A stretch of 62,425 bases of DNA, filler included, from Choristocarpus tenellus KU-1152 (Eukaryota > Protista > Phaeophyceae): the NCBI GenBank assembly GCA_964200185.2. It is 9 parts of 9 records of this genome, joined end to end, with 100 filler letters (N's around TTAATTAATTAA, not from the genome) between each part and the next. Parts side by side here need not be neighbours in the genome. Positions count along the whole stretch, not along the records: positions 50,984 to 53,657 come from CAXNAD020025747.1; positions 53,758 to 59,201 come from CAXNAD020010757.1; positions 59,302 to 62,425 come from CAXNAD020022152.1; 6 more parts are not named here. One strand, given 5' to 3'. The stretch's first letter is position 1. Every line of letters begins with the position of its first letter. Under the pieces are notes generated by a model, which was not told where the DNA came from, did not search any database, and saw only the letters and a program-made list of their open reading frames with translations. Both the position numbers and the translations under genes were made by a program. Of this stretch, positions 52,442-62,425 are shown piece after piece.

Positions 52442-53515
52442 TCAATCACTGGCAAGGGACGCCTTAATTGCCTCCCTCATGTCCTCGTCCATATCAGAAT
52501 CATATCCAAGACCAAACATCTCATGCCCCGCAGCAGTCTGTGCCGAGAGCTCCAACGCTCGCCGCAGTTCCTCTGCCTCATCAAGTCTGTTGAAACCGCT
52601 ACTCCCACTGATGCTGCCCCCCAGTCCACCATCTGCCCAACCACCTTGCTCCCCTTTCTCGCTCAATCCAAACCCCTGCTGATGACCTTGCTCCCCCCCT
52701 TCAACTCCCCCCGCTGATGTTCCCAATGGCAAACCTTCTCCTCCTATCCCCTCACCCACTGCCATCCCTACAACTTCCCCTTCCTCGCCCCCCTTGCCCG
52801 CCGCTGCTGTGATGGACTCCTTAATGGCCTGCTGGATCAAATCATCTTCTGCAGCAGCCGCAGCAGCACTGGTGTAAGAGGCCTGGAGGGCGTTTTTCAG
52901 CTGCTCTTCCTCACTTTGTGCCTGGGCACTCCGTAGCATCTCCTCCTAACACCGGAAAGTCAGTCAATGCAGAAGGTGGGAAGTTCAAAAGCACGCCCTA
53001 CATACATCAACAGTCAGTTTCACTATGACCACACAGTACGTAGAGGGAACGACTTGTAAAGAGGAAAAGAGCCGCTCTTGTCCATGGCCACCATTCCTGG
53101 CATACTAAGACACCTTGTGATAAGGAAGTGCTGTGGTATTCACACAGTTTGAATGCAGTTCATAAACACAACCAGATTCAGGATTACACTCTACTGCACT
53201 ACTCTCATATTCCCACTTTCCTTAAAATCCCCTCGTGTTGCAATAGAGCTAGCTCCATGTTTTCTTGACTTGCTGTTTATCAGACTGAATGCTGAAGGCC
53301 TGGTTGTCCCTAAGAGAAGTTGTGACAAGATAAAACTCTGTTTTCTGTGTAAATACAAACCACTCTGATTCGGCAACAATACATCTATTAGCAACATCCA
53401 GTGATAGACTTGAGGCACCACAATTGCTTATGTAGAGCTCTGCCTACCCCCAAAGTGTTCAACCTGCTCCATCAACACCCCGACCCACTCAGAGGGCATC
53501 AACGGCCTGTCCCAT
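52442..53515 (-). CDS. Ubiquitin-interacting-motif (UIM) protein, C-terminal exons
   Basis: Terminal exon 52945-52442 plus a probable upstream exon 53515-53464 (WDRPLMPSEWVGVLMEQ), joined in phase 0. Four UIM-like motifs: SEEEQLKNALQASY, AEDDLIQQAIKESI, DEAEELRRALELSA, MDEDMREAIKASL*. Confidence 0.75.
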
Positions 53516-53617
53516 CTACGGACACGAAAATCATAAAACAAGGACTGCATATGCCACAGCAGGGGATGGGTACAACACTCAAGTCAGGTTTGCCAATCAA
53601 GCCGGAATTACTCGATA

Positions 53618-53657
<40 letters not shown>

Positions 53658-53797
53658 NNNNNNNNNNNNNNNNNNNNNNNNNNNNNNNNNNNNNNNNNNN
53701 NTTAATTAATTAANNNNNNNNNNNNNNNNNNNNNNNNNNNNNNNNNNNNNNNNNNNNAAAGTCGACAACAACGTTGGTTCTTCCAGCACACATGCTC

Positions 53798-53942
53798 GCC
53801 CCCCTCCCCCCCCCCCCCCCCCCCCCCCCAGATACTTTGACGCTATCCATCCGACGTATGCAACCAAATCGCCCAAAAAACACGATATGAAAAAATTTAC
53901 CCCAAAAGGACAGCCGCTACCCCCTCCCAGATACTTTGCGCC
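53798..53942. mobile_element. MITE family B fragments, two right-hand TIRs in tandem
   Basis: Poly-C-AGATACTTTGAC at ~53830, then ATCCATCCGACGTATGCAACC...CCCAGATACTTTGCGCC. Confidence 0.65.
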
Positions 53943-55799
53943 ACCCGGGTGTAGAATATCTTAGTAGTCGACGGTTGCACCAGGCCCTGGCTGTTTGGAA
54001 CCTGTGCGAGCCGGATTGACTTAAGGAAACGAGAAAGAAGGTGTTAGCGTTGGGCTACAAGGGATCTGATTCCGAAAGAAGGTCGAAAGGGCTTGCAACG
54101 CGGAGGAGAAAGCGATCATAACAGAGGCAGCTGTGGAAATGTTTTCATACCACCCAATCCTTTACTTCGAAGAGGTCGCGAAGCAGGTGGAGTTAGTCAT
54201 TGACAAGGACGCCAGGGAAGAAGAAGAGGTGAGATTGAGACTATTTACACACCAATGGTTTGGTGTCTACCGCTTCTTGCAAGATGCCGTACATTCACTT
54301 TTGTTCCTGGACTTGGGGTTGAACGTATAAAGTTGATTAAGACTTTCTCCCCGACTGCATTCATTCGAGAAATCAACACGATTTTCGATCAACTTAGGCC
54401 TGTCCTCCCTTGCCCTTGCGCGCCTTGATGATAAAATATTACCCGTCCAGGAAACACGGACAACGCCCATTTCCGGCGCTCAATGAGGAAATGTGATAGA
54501 TAAGACTTTAACACTGCAAATCCTGTACGTGTGTACGAACGACGGGAAAGACCTTCAAACGGCGCTCGAGATGACAGAAGGATATGCGATGGTCAGGGTG
54601 GAAACTGCGAGTAAATGGGAGAGATACTTCCTCACTAAGGGCCACACATCAAGGTGTCGGAGAAGGGCACTATGAGAGGCATTTCGTCCTGGACCTCGGC
54701 GAGGATATCCTTGCCGAGGTCAAAGAGTGCGTGTGTGAACACACAGGAAGAAAGGGTGGGGAGGCTTTTTTACTGTCTAAACCCTATACTTTAATCAAGT
54801 AATAGTGCATCTGTTACCACTCTTGGTGACCTACAATCCAGGGTTCGAATCCCCATATGAGCGGCCTTTCTTCAAAAAAAGAAAAAAATGGCGAGAAAAA
54901 AAACAGAAGGCCGTACTCTGGAGGATATTGTGACGGGCATCACGAAGATGCTTTTATTTCTTTAATCTGATGTCTACATCAAAAGTTATGACGAGACAAC
55001 ACCGAGGGCGAAGCTACTGGTACCACTATATCACCACCACCTTACGAAGAATTCTATGCCTTCTGACTATTGGATGGAAGAACTTATTATGTGAAGCATT
55101 TTCATTATATACAATTATTAGAAGTTCTAAAATGTTATTAGATGTGCAATCATCTTTTAAGGTTCCAATTGACTTGGAACCTTCAAAACCGAACATCATA
55201 TCCACACTACTCATATATAACTATACTGAATAGTTTTACCCATATTAAATATATCTTACTTCAACTGAGACATAAATATGTGGATATAATCAATCCTTTC
55301 ACCTCTCTGGGTCACATGAAACTTAACACTGTGCTAGGTTATCTGTACGGATCGCTGTCTCCCTATACTTTCATCAAGCCACGCCCGTCTCTCTATCCGC
55401 TATACTCCGTTTCACTCAGCCTGGAGGAGGTTCCGACCGCTGTTTTTCCTTTGAGGGGAGAAGGACTGCTAACAGCTTGTGAGAATGGCGCCAGGAAGGA
55501 TACGAAAAGGTGATACCTCTTTCCGCTTGATCTGCTATCTGTGGTACCATCACACCACCAAACTCTGGAGAGTTGATCCTGCTGCGTCATTCCCCTCGAT
55601 CATTCAGCCTTCCGGTTTACTCCTAGTGATGAAAAAGGTACACTCCACTCTTTCTTACACACCCATGTGGTGCAGCCACGATGACCGCAGTAAACACCTC
55701 TGTGGGCTTGTTTTTTTCTATACAAACGTTCCTCATCTTCGCATTTCTTTCCCCTCTACTCTTTACCTCCACAAACAGTCAGCGAGGTACATTACATCC

Positions 55800-57250
55800 T
55801 ACCATGCCTGTCCAAACTTAGCACCTTTCTTCGTAACCATGGGCCTGTAAGGTGCCTGGCCCTGTTAGAAAACCAATTGAGCTCTATCACCACATTCTTC
55901 CCCCTGAAATCTAACACAATCCACCTTAGTGGCTCTGGGCAGCGCCAGATTTAAAGCCCAGTCGCGCCGATACTCTGTACTAATCACACACCCTTTTTCA
56001 TGCCGTGATTTTCTTACCCATCCCCCGCCTGGTCCGACAGTCGAGCATTATGAAAAACAGACCATTTTTATATGCGCAGCCTTCAGAACGTTCCTCTCCG
56101 CGTTTCGAAGCGAACTAAATTCTGAACATCGACTACCAACAAACGGAAAAAGCACAAGTATACCCCCTTACATCACGGCACATTCCACGATTCCACCAAC
56201 GAAACCTATCTGGTGTATGTCGCTATGTTTTCGCGATATTGTTCGTGTACCAATCAATATTAGACCGAACCCAATTGATAACGAGGAGGGTAGGATTTGA
56301 GCCCTCTTGTGTGTCCAGACCCATCTTCCTGATTACCTTTTGCAACGTGAGATACCATTGTATTTGGTTTGTGTGCTTTTGAATGGGCAGAGTATTTTCC
56401 TTCTCCACACAATTATCGTGAAATGCCATGTCCTCCCCTATTCCCCTAGCATCACTTGCCACCGTAGTCAAACGTTTGTGTTCCCAAATGGAATATACTC
56501 ACCACACAATATTACAAATCAAGAGAGGTTGCCACTTAATTGGTAATGGTATAAAACAACCACACACTTCTCCTTCTCATTCCTCCTCCAAGAGCCAAAT
56601 CAATCGAAAGGTAGGAAGACCCGATCCTTTTGAATTCGAAGTCACATTTCTTATCATGTGCAAAATAGTGTACACAAAATTGATATTCCCTTTTCCATAC
56701 ACAAGGTGACATAACAACTCAGGAAAGGCTCTTTCCGCAGTTGTACAAAATGCCACATCTTTGCCTTTTGACTTGCTCACGAATTCTGGATAAAATAATT
56801 TGCCTAATCATCTTAGCCTTCCTTCCATCTACTCTTCTCCTACTCAACCAATGTAACGCCACTTCTTCCTTCCCTCTGCATACTATCCTTGTTACCCCAC
56901 AAACCAATGCGACCAATTCCACATATCTAATGGCCAACCAGTGCAACCAATCTTTGCCACTGGTTTCTAGTCACCAACCACTGTGACCGACTTCAGCGAA
57001 TCCACTTCACCTTGCTCCACCACACTGTACAGCATCCATGCTTGGTCTCTTTGATTGACCCTAACGTATACCATAGACCCGTCTGGCTTCCATCTTCCTT
57101 TCCCCTTTATCACTATTTTTGGTGCCCCCCTTGTGGCCATTCTCATTGCTCCCCCGATCCTGTCCGAGTATCAGCCACATTTCTATGGTCTCAACTTGAT
57201 TTCCCAAACTATTCCACAACCCAAGGCTGATTCCCAACCTCTGCATGATC
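55800..57250 (-). mobile_element. Highly degenerate Ty3/Gypsy relic (RNase H followed by integrase Zn-finger)
   Basis: YVELVALVCG...ALHWLS...GRKAK (RNaseH-like); LCHLVYGKGNINFV (resembles FEIVYRKGxxN); DRFRWWNRGMCRDVRGYTCAFSVC at ~56140-56210 (resembles integrase YWWPGMxxDVxxYVxxCxxC). The RH-then-INT order fits Gypsy. Confidence 0.55.
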
Positions 57251-57464
57251 CTTTCTCATGCTTCTGACACAGGTGAAAGAAATTTGGAAGTGTGTGTAGA
57301 CTGACGGAAGATCAACAAAATGTTTGTGGAAGCATTGGAATCCTAAACATTGACCCTACATTTTATCAAATCCTATTGCTTTTTATACCGACTCGGTTGC
57401 CCACAGTCCCCACCCAGAGTTATACACATCATACTGTCGTAGCTTGTGTCTCCTGGCTACTGGA

Positions 57465-57716
57465 GAGTGAAAGTATCTTAGAGGGTACGTATGAGTTTTG
57501 CCCTGTTTGTCCGTTTGGGGCTTGGCTTTCCACGGGTTTTTTACGCCCCTTTTCGGTTTTCGAGTAGGTAAAATGTATACGTTATAAAATGTTGTCTCCG
57601 GAACAAGGTTGTTGACACTTCCTAACAAACACGATGCCCAAAATTACATCAAAATTGCAACGTTGGATTTTAGCTCCCAAATGGACACGGTTCTACCCTC
57701 TACGATACTTTGGCTC
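57465..57716. mobile_element. MITE family A, full-length copy
   Basis: GAGTGAAAGTATCTTAGAGGGTA...TACCCTCTACGATACTTTGGCTC, flanked by TGGA on both sides. Confidence 0.85.
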
Positions 57717-58530
57717 TGGATTCAATGGAAATACTGGAGTTATTTAATGTACCACGTTTGTCTCACTCCTCCCAAGCGTCCCTTTTTGAGTGAAGGAAGT
57801 GGAGGTGTTGTAGGGACAATTGAATGGTCTAGGCAGTGTTTGTGGAGTATTAGGATTTCTCTATTTCACCCCTTTCCATACCAACTCAGTTGCCCTAAAC
57901 CCAACATAAAGACACCTATATCCACTACTCATGTGTAAATCTCTCATTGCCGACAATACTTGAGTTTATTTGCCGGCATCCCCACCTCTTTTATATTTCG
58001 AAGTGCTTATAATGCAAAGACACCTCTGGCCCTCTTGCACACTTTCTTCTTCTCTTTCATTTTTTCTTTGTTCAGTTAATCTAAACTCCTGTACTGTCCT
58101 CTCCTTGTCCAAGGATTACTCCTGTAATTTTCCTTTGGGCACAACAAGTAGTTAGGGTTAGTATGTATATCGTTGGGATATGGAGGTGTCACACGGTTTT
58201 AATATCCCTTGTACTCGCTATTGGGTTCTATTACTCCAGGCTATGCCTTCCACAAACATTGTAACCCACTTCCTGGCTACGGACACACTCATTGTATCCC
58301 TGACACTGGCAGTTCCATTACCTTTCATTAGTATCTCCACATATTTGACATACACCATCCCTCACATGTGCATTACTCGTGAAACTTTGCACCTTCAACT
58401 ACTACTCAGTTCAGGTACTCTAGATTACATGAGTTAGAAAACCGTAGTACTAAGCGCCTGAAAAGGTTTGGGCTGGTTTGATGAGCAGTACCCGAATTCT
58501 CTCCCCCCCCCTTCGTATCGTTCGAGAAAA

Positions 58531-58788
58531 GAGTGAAAGTATCTTAGAGGGTACGATTTTTGCCCTGTTTGTCCATTTGGGCTTGGCTTCCCAAGGGTCT
58601 TAAATGACACTTTACCTACTCCAAAATGTTTCGGAGTAGGTAAAATGTATACAGTATGAAAAGGAGTGTCTAGAACAAGGATATTGACATCTCCTAACAA
58701 ACATGATAGCCAAACTTACATCAAAATTGCAACATCGTGTTTTGGCCCCCAAATGGACGCGGCTCTACCCTCTAAGATACTTTGACTC
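58531..58788. mobile_element. MITE family A, full-length copy
   Basis: GAGTGAAAGTATCTTAGAGGGTA...TACCCTCTAAGATACTTTGACTC (23-bp TIR, 1 mismatch). TSD AAA. Confidence 0.9.
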
Positions 58789-59335
58789 AAATGTAAGTAC
58801 TACCTATGTGCCATAAGTTCTTGTGCCGTGAAACATCTGGGCTCGCTGAGCGAGAATGGCGCCGAATCGGACGATAACCCCACACGCCAAAATCGGCTTA
58901 ACAATCTTAGCTTTCAGAAAAGGCGGAGGTCGAGGATCATCAGGTACAAACTAGAGGTCCTTCAAGCCGTCAAAGTAGGGGTCTTTTGGGGTGACTTTGA
59001 GGCCAGAACTGGGCACTTCGATGGTCAGAACATCGGCATGGATCCCCCCCCCGCGTAGTAAGTGTGCCCAAGGGTCCTGAATATCAGGGTTGCGCTTGCG
59101 GTGCGGCATGCCCTTGCAACGGTCCCTAGTGAGCATAAACTGCCGGGACATGTTGGGCCGGCCCTCGCAGCGGAGTTTGGAGTGTCCAAGTGTTACATGC
59201 GNNNNNNNNNNNNNNNNNNNNNNNNNNNNNNNNNNNNNNNNNNNNTTAATTAATTAANNNNNNNNNNNNNNNNNNNNNNNNNNNNNNNNNNNNNNNNNNN
59301 NCCCGGCTGCCCCCCCCCCCAGGTCCAACATGGGG

Positions 59336-59506
59336 GAAATCAAAAGTGTGGGGGGGGGGGGGGGGGGGGGGGTCTACACCAGGGTGTTCATTTAGGACAA
59401 AATCAGGAAAAAAGCATTTTTATTATTCATCCGAAATATGGAACCAAATCACCCCCCAAAAAAATGGCCCCAGATGGACAGCCACCACCCCCCCACACTT
59501 TGAGTC
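59336..59506. mobile_element. MITE family B, degenerate reverse copy
   Basis: Poly-G-TCTACACCAGGGTGTTCATTT...CCCCAGATGGACAGCCACCACCCC...CTTTGAGTC. Confidence 0.65.
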
Positions 59507-59688
59507 GCAGTGCCTCCTTTACCCTGTCTTCCCACATATGATGTAACTGATTGACCAGTGGAAGAATCTTCTGGTCCGATGTCAACTAGCTCAACCCACC
59601 TCAACCCACAACAATCAACTCCCACCCAACATCTTACCTTCCGCCTTCACCATGCCCTCAAGGTCACCATCATTTCACCTGATGCAGA

Positions 59689-59888
59689 GAAGATATGTTG
59701 GTGAAGGAGTTGAGGCCAGCCGGAGCCTTGCCACACTACGCCTTCATTCCCTTGAAAGGTATCCCTACAATGCTGGGGTCATCCCCGTTGGGCCTGGTGA
59801 ATATACCCCTGACTATTGTGCCCCTCCACTCCCTTCACGTCGGCTGGGGCACTTGGGGGCAAGATGGGGCCAAGGTCGCCCAGAATAG
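59689..59888 (+). CDS. Possible terminal exon with a PGPGxY-like (STPG/SHIPPO-type) motif
   Basis: Pyrimidine-rich run and CAG acceptor, then RRYVGEG...VIPVGPGEYTPDY...RPE*. Only one motif copy; weak. Confidence 0.25.
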
Positions 59889-62371
59889 GTGGAGAGTGAA
59901 AGGGGAGTCACAACTATTTTGCTCACGTAAAGTGTTTGGAGCATCAATGCTAACGTTATCTCAGTAAGGTCTACGGAATATATTGGTTCAACCTGTGGAC
60001 TTCCTGGGGGGAAGAAGCCGTCTACAAGTAGGGTGTTATCATGGCAATGAGTCGAGATACTTACAAGCACACATACATTCGAAATTCTCAACATGCTCTT
60101 ACAGCTAATCAAATAGGTTCCAGCCGCATGGAGATATCTTGATACAAAATATGCAGGGCAACAGGACAAGTAGGCACTAGGACATTCAAGACATTTTGGC
60201 TACAGAAATTGATCTTTCAAGAATAGCCTGTGCATGAGGGTAGACAAGATATTGTTATCTGAATGCTAGACTCATGGACGCAGGGCACCAGTCTCCTTTC
60301 TCAGGTAGTCAATCAGGCAGAGTTGCTTAGGGAATGTGTCTCACATAATCATGCCTATTGGAGTCAAGATATGGTTGGGGGGAACTTTATATGGTACAGA
60401 GCAGCAGTTTGACCAATAGAGTAGTCAATATGTAATGATGAGTTATTAGAATGCCCATATACAATGACCCTTCCTACACCCCTGATTGAAAATATCTTGA
60501 AGTATATTACCATCACTCATGATCCTGCTGCAGGCATCTACATCCCTATGCCCATTGACACATGCCCAATTTGTAACGTGATGATACGACAAATCGATTG
60601 GATATCTGTCCCACCCCGAAAATTATTAAAGACGCAACTAAACAAAATAACACAGCAGTTGTCAAAGCAGTGAACAGTCGATGCACCAACCGTCCAAGAA
60701 CATTTACATGCCTTGTTCCGAAAAAATCTCCTGGATAATTGAAAACTCATTTGGAATCACTTCTTGTTACCAATGACTAGCACCATGATATTATTTCCAC
60801 ATCCAACAGCTACAATATTTGGTGCAGAGTATTTCCACATACTTTATGTAGGTTTGTTTCTGTTCATTGGAGAGTCATTCATGACGAGCAGTATCCAGAA
60901 GTGTTTGTGTTGCTTGGATGCCTCAGCCTAGACGTACCACTATCTTAGAACTCCAGCTCAAAATGCATGGCAGAAACTGTTGTCAAGGTCCAGTGGAAAC
61001 CCGGTTATTTGTTATTGGCCCACACACTCACAAATACAGTAACAGCACAAGGGTTTATGGCCATATGACTGTTTGTGCCCCATCTTCCATGCAATGCGTA
61101 CTGTCTAACTGGCATTGTGCCCACGCTAAGCTCTTGTCTGATCTGAGGTGAAATGATCACGGCCTGCACAAAGAATGTGATTATATACTGAACAGATTGA
61201 TCATACTTGCTTGCAATACATCAACAAGTAAATGCTGTTCTTAACATGTACAGGCTTCGACTATGATACCTCTATCACCAACTACAAGAAGCAGGTTCAA
61301 TGTGTATTGTAAGATCTAACTGGGGCTCATTCAGCCAGCCACTTCCACTAACCGATGACTGTGTCCTGTTAGCTCCAAGGCTGCGATTGCCTAATCTTAT
61401 TTGCTCCTCTTTTTAGCCTTTATTTCATCTGTGTAGAATTTAGAGTTCAGCAGGGCTTGATTGATTGCAGGTGTATTTTTGTCATATTTTTAACTTGTTT
61501 ATTTGTGTAACGAAGTAGTTTCATTTTCGTCAATAATAATGTGTAGGAACCTCATCTAATATTTTTTTCAGTAACAAAAATAATGTTATTTCTTAATATT
61601 GTAGATATATCATTTAATTATGTACCCCTCTTCTTGGTGTTACATTGATTTCAGGTTTGCCAAGGGAATCTGGGTAACCAAGGCCAGTAGGGCAAGTGGG
61701 TTGCCAGGGGTAGTCAGGGGTCTTAACATTTTGTACAACTCCTTGGTAAAGATCGCACTCACTCTGGGCATGGTTGGGCTATCATGCATGTCCTTGTTTC
61801 ACCGTGATTCGTGCTGCAATACTGTCAGCACGCAGTAGTTGGTTACTCTATCCATACAGTGCGCCAATTTTACCGAGTACCGAACATGGCAATATTTGAG
61901 ACTTTGTTGTACCTACGAACCCTGAGTCAGACTTGGTCAGGTTGAAGCCTTTAGACCAGCTCAATGGGCGAACCAAAATAAAATCACACCGAGATTTGGT
62001 AGATGCGTTCGAAGCAATAGTGTAAGAGAGGTTCCTTCAATATCTTTTTATTAATTTAGGGTCTTTCCTCCGGAATCATCTCGAGAAATTTTCGATTTTT
62101 CCGACTAAGAAGGCAGAACAGAATGGTTTTTAGTTCTACTAAAATTTTCAATCCTTGCACATCACACTCAACAAAGTGTCACTATGCTCTCTCTGTCCGC
62201 AACAACACTACTAATGTGAACACAATAAGATATCCAGCACTATGTTATTCCTGTTACACCCCAGGCCAAACACATAAATACTGTGTTACATAAGAATCAC
62301 TTCCGACCGAAGTATATACAACAGTGTAATGCTCGTAATACTCTGGTCTGAAATAACAATTAACAGCGGAT

Positions 62372-62425
62372 TTTAAAAATTGAGGATGGAGCTTTTCATT
62401 GAGGATGGGCTTGACCCAAAATTGA
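62372..62425. repeat. Dispersed repeat family C fragment, truncated at window end
   Basis: Reverse complement of 50988-51040, with an internal direct sub-repeat ATTGAGGATGG(A)GCTT. Confidence 0.7.

Noticed and set aside
1-53515. An endolysosomal trafficking gene cluster (SZT2 + VPS26-like + C2 + UIM)
   Set aside because: Each gene lies on a separate contig joined by artificial linkers, and eukaryotic neighbours are rarely functionally clustered. Linkage is unproven.
60100-62000. Possible degenerate retroelement or pseudogene
   Set aside because: Looks like decayed coding DNA, but I found no diagnostic motif.

Overview
Eukaryotic, intron-rich genomic DNA. Inference: a photosynthetic stramenopile, probably a brown alga or close relative, based on a nuclear CtpA-type protease, alginate-lyase-type CBM32 repeats and TTAGGG motifs. 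The window is nine contigs joined by eight identical artificial 100-bp linkers (44 N + TTAATTAATTAA + 44 N), so adjacency across linkers is unproven. Most six-frame ORFs are single exons, antisense shadows or repeat read-throughs. Manual splicing recovers six partial genes: (1) a large SZT2/KICSTOR-scaffold-like gene, + strand, about 15 exons, 1-16699; (2) the C-terminal half of a strongly divergent VPS26-like arrestin-fold gene, + strand, tiny exons among satellite-filled AT-rich introns, 17785-26118; (3) a CtpA/S41 C-terminal processing protease, + strand, 34147-37186; (4) a multi-C2-domain protein, - strand; (5) a tandem CBM32/discoidin-like repeat protein, - strand; (6) the C-terminus of a four-UIM protein, - strand. 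The rest comprises two related MITE families with a shared TIR core (one with 3-bp TSDs), three very degenerate Ty3/Gypsy relics, micro/minisatellites and interstitial telomere-like tracts. I found no CRISPR array, rRNA, intact tRNA or prokaryotic defence-type system, and no clearly new multi-gene system. The best candidates for novelty are the divergent VPS26 paralogue, the stramenopile SZT2 and the CBM32-repeat protein. All homology calls come from remembered motifs, not database searches.
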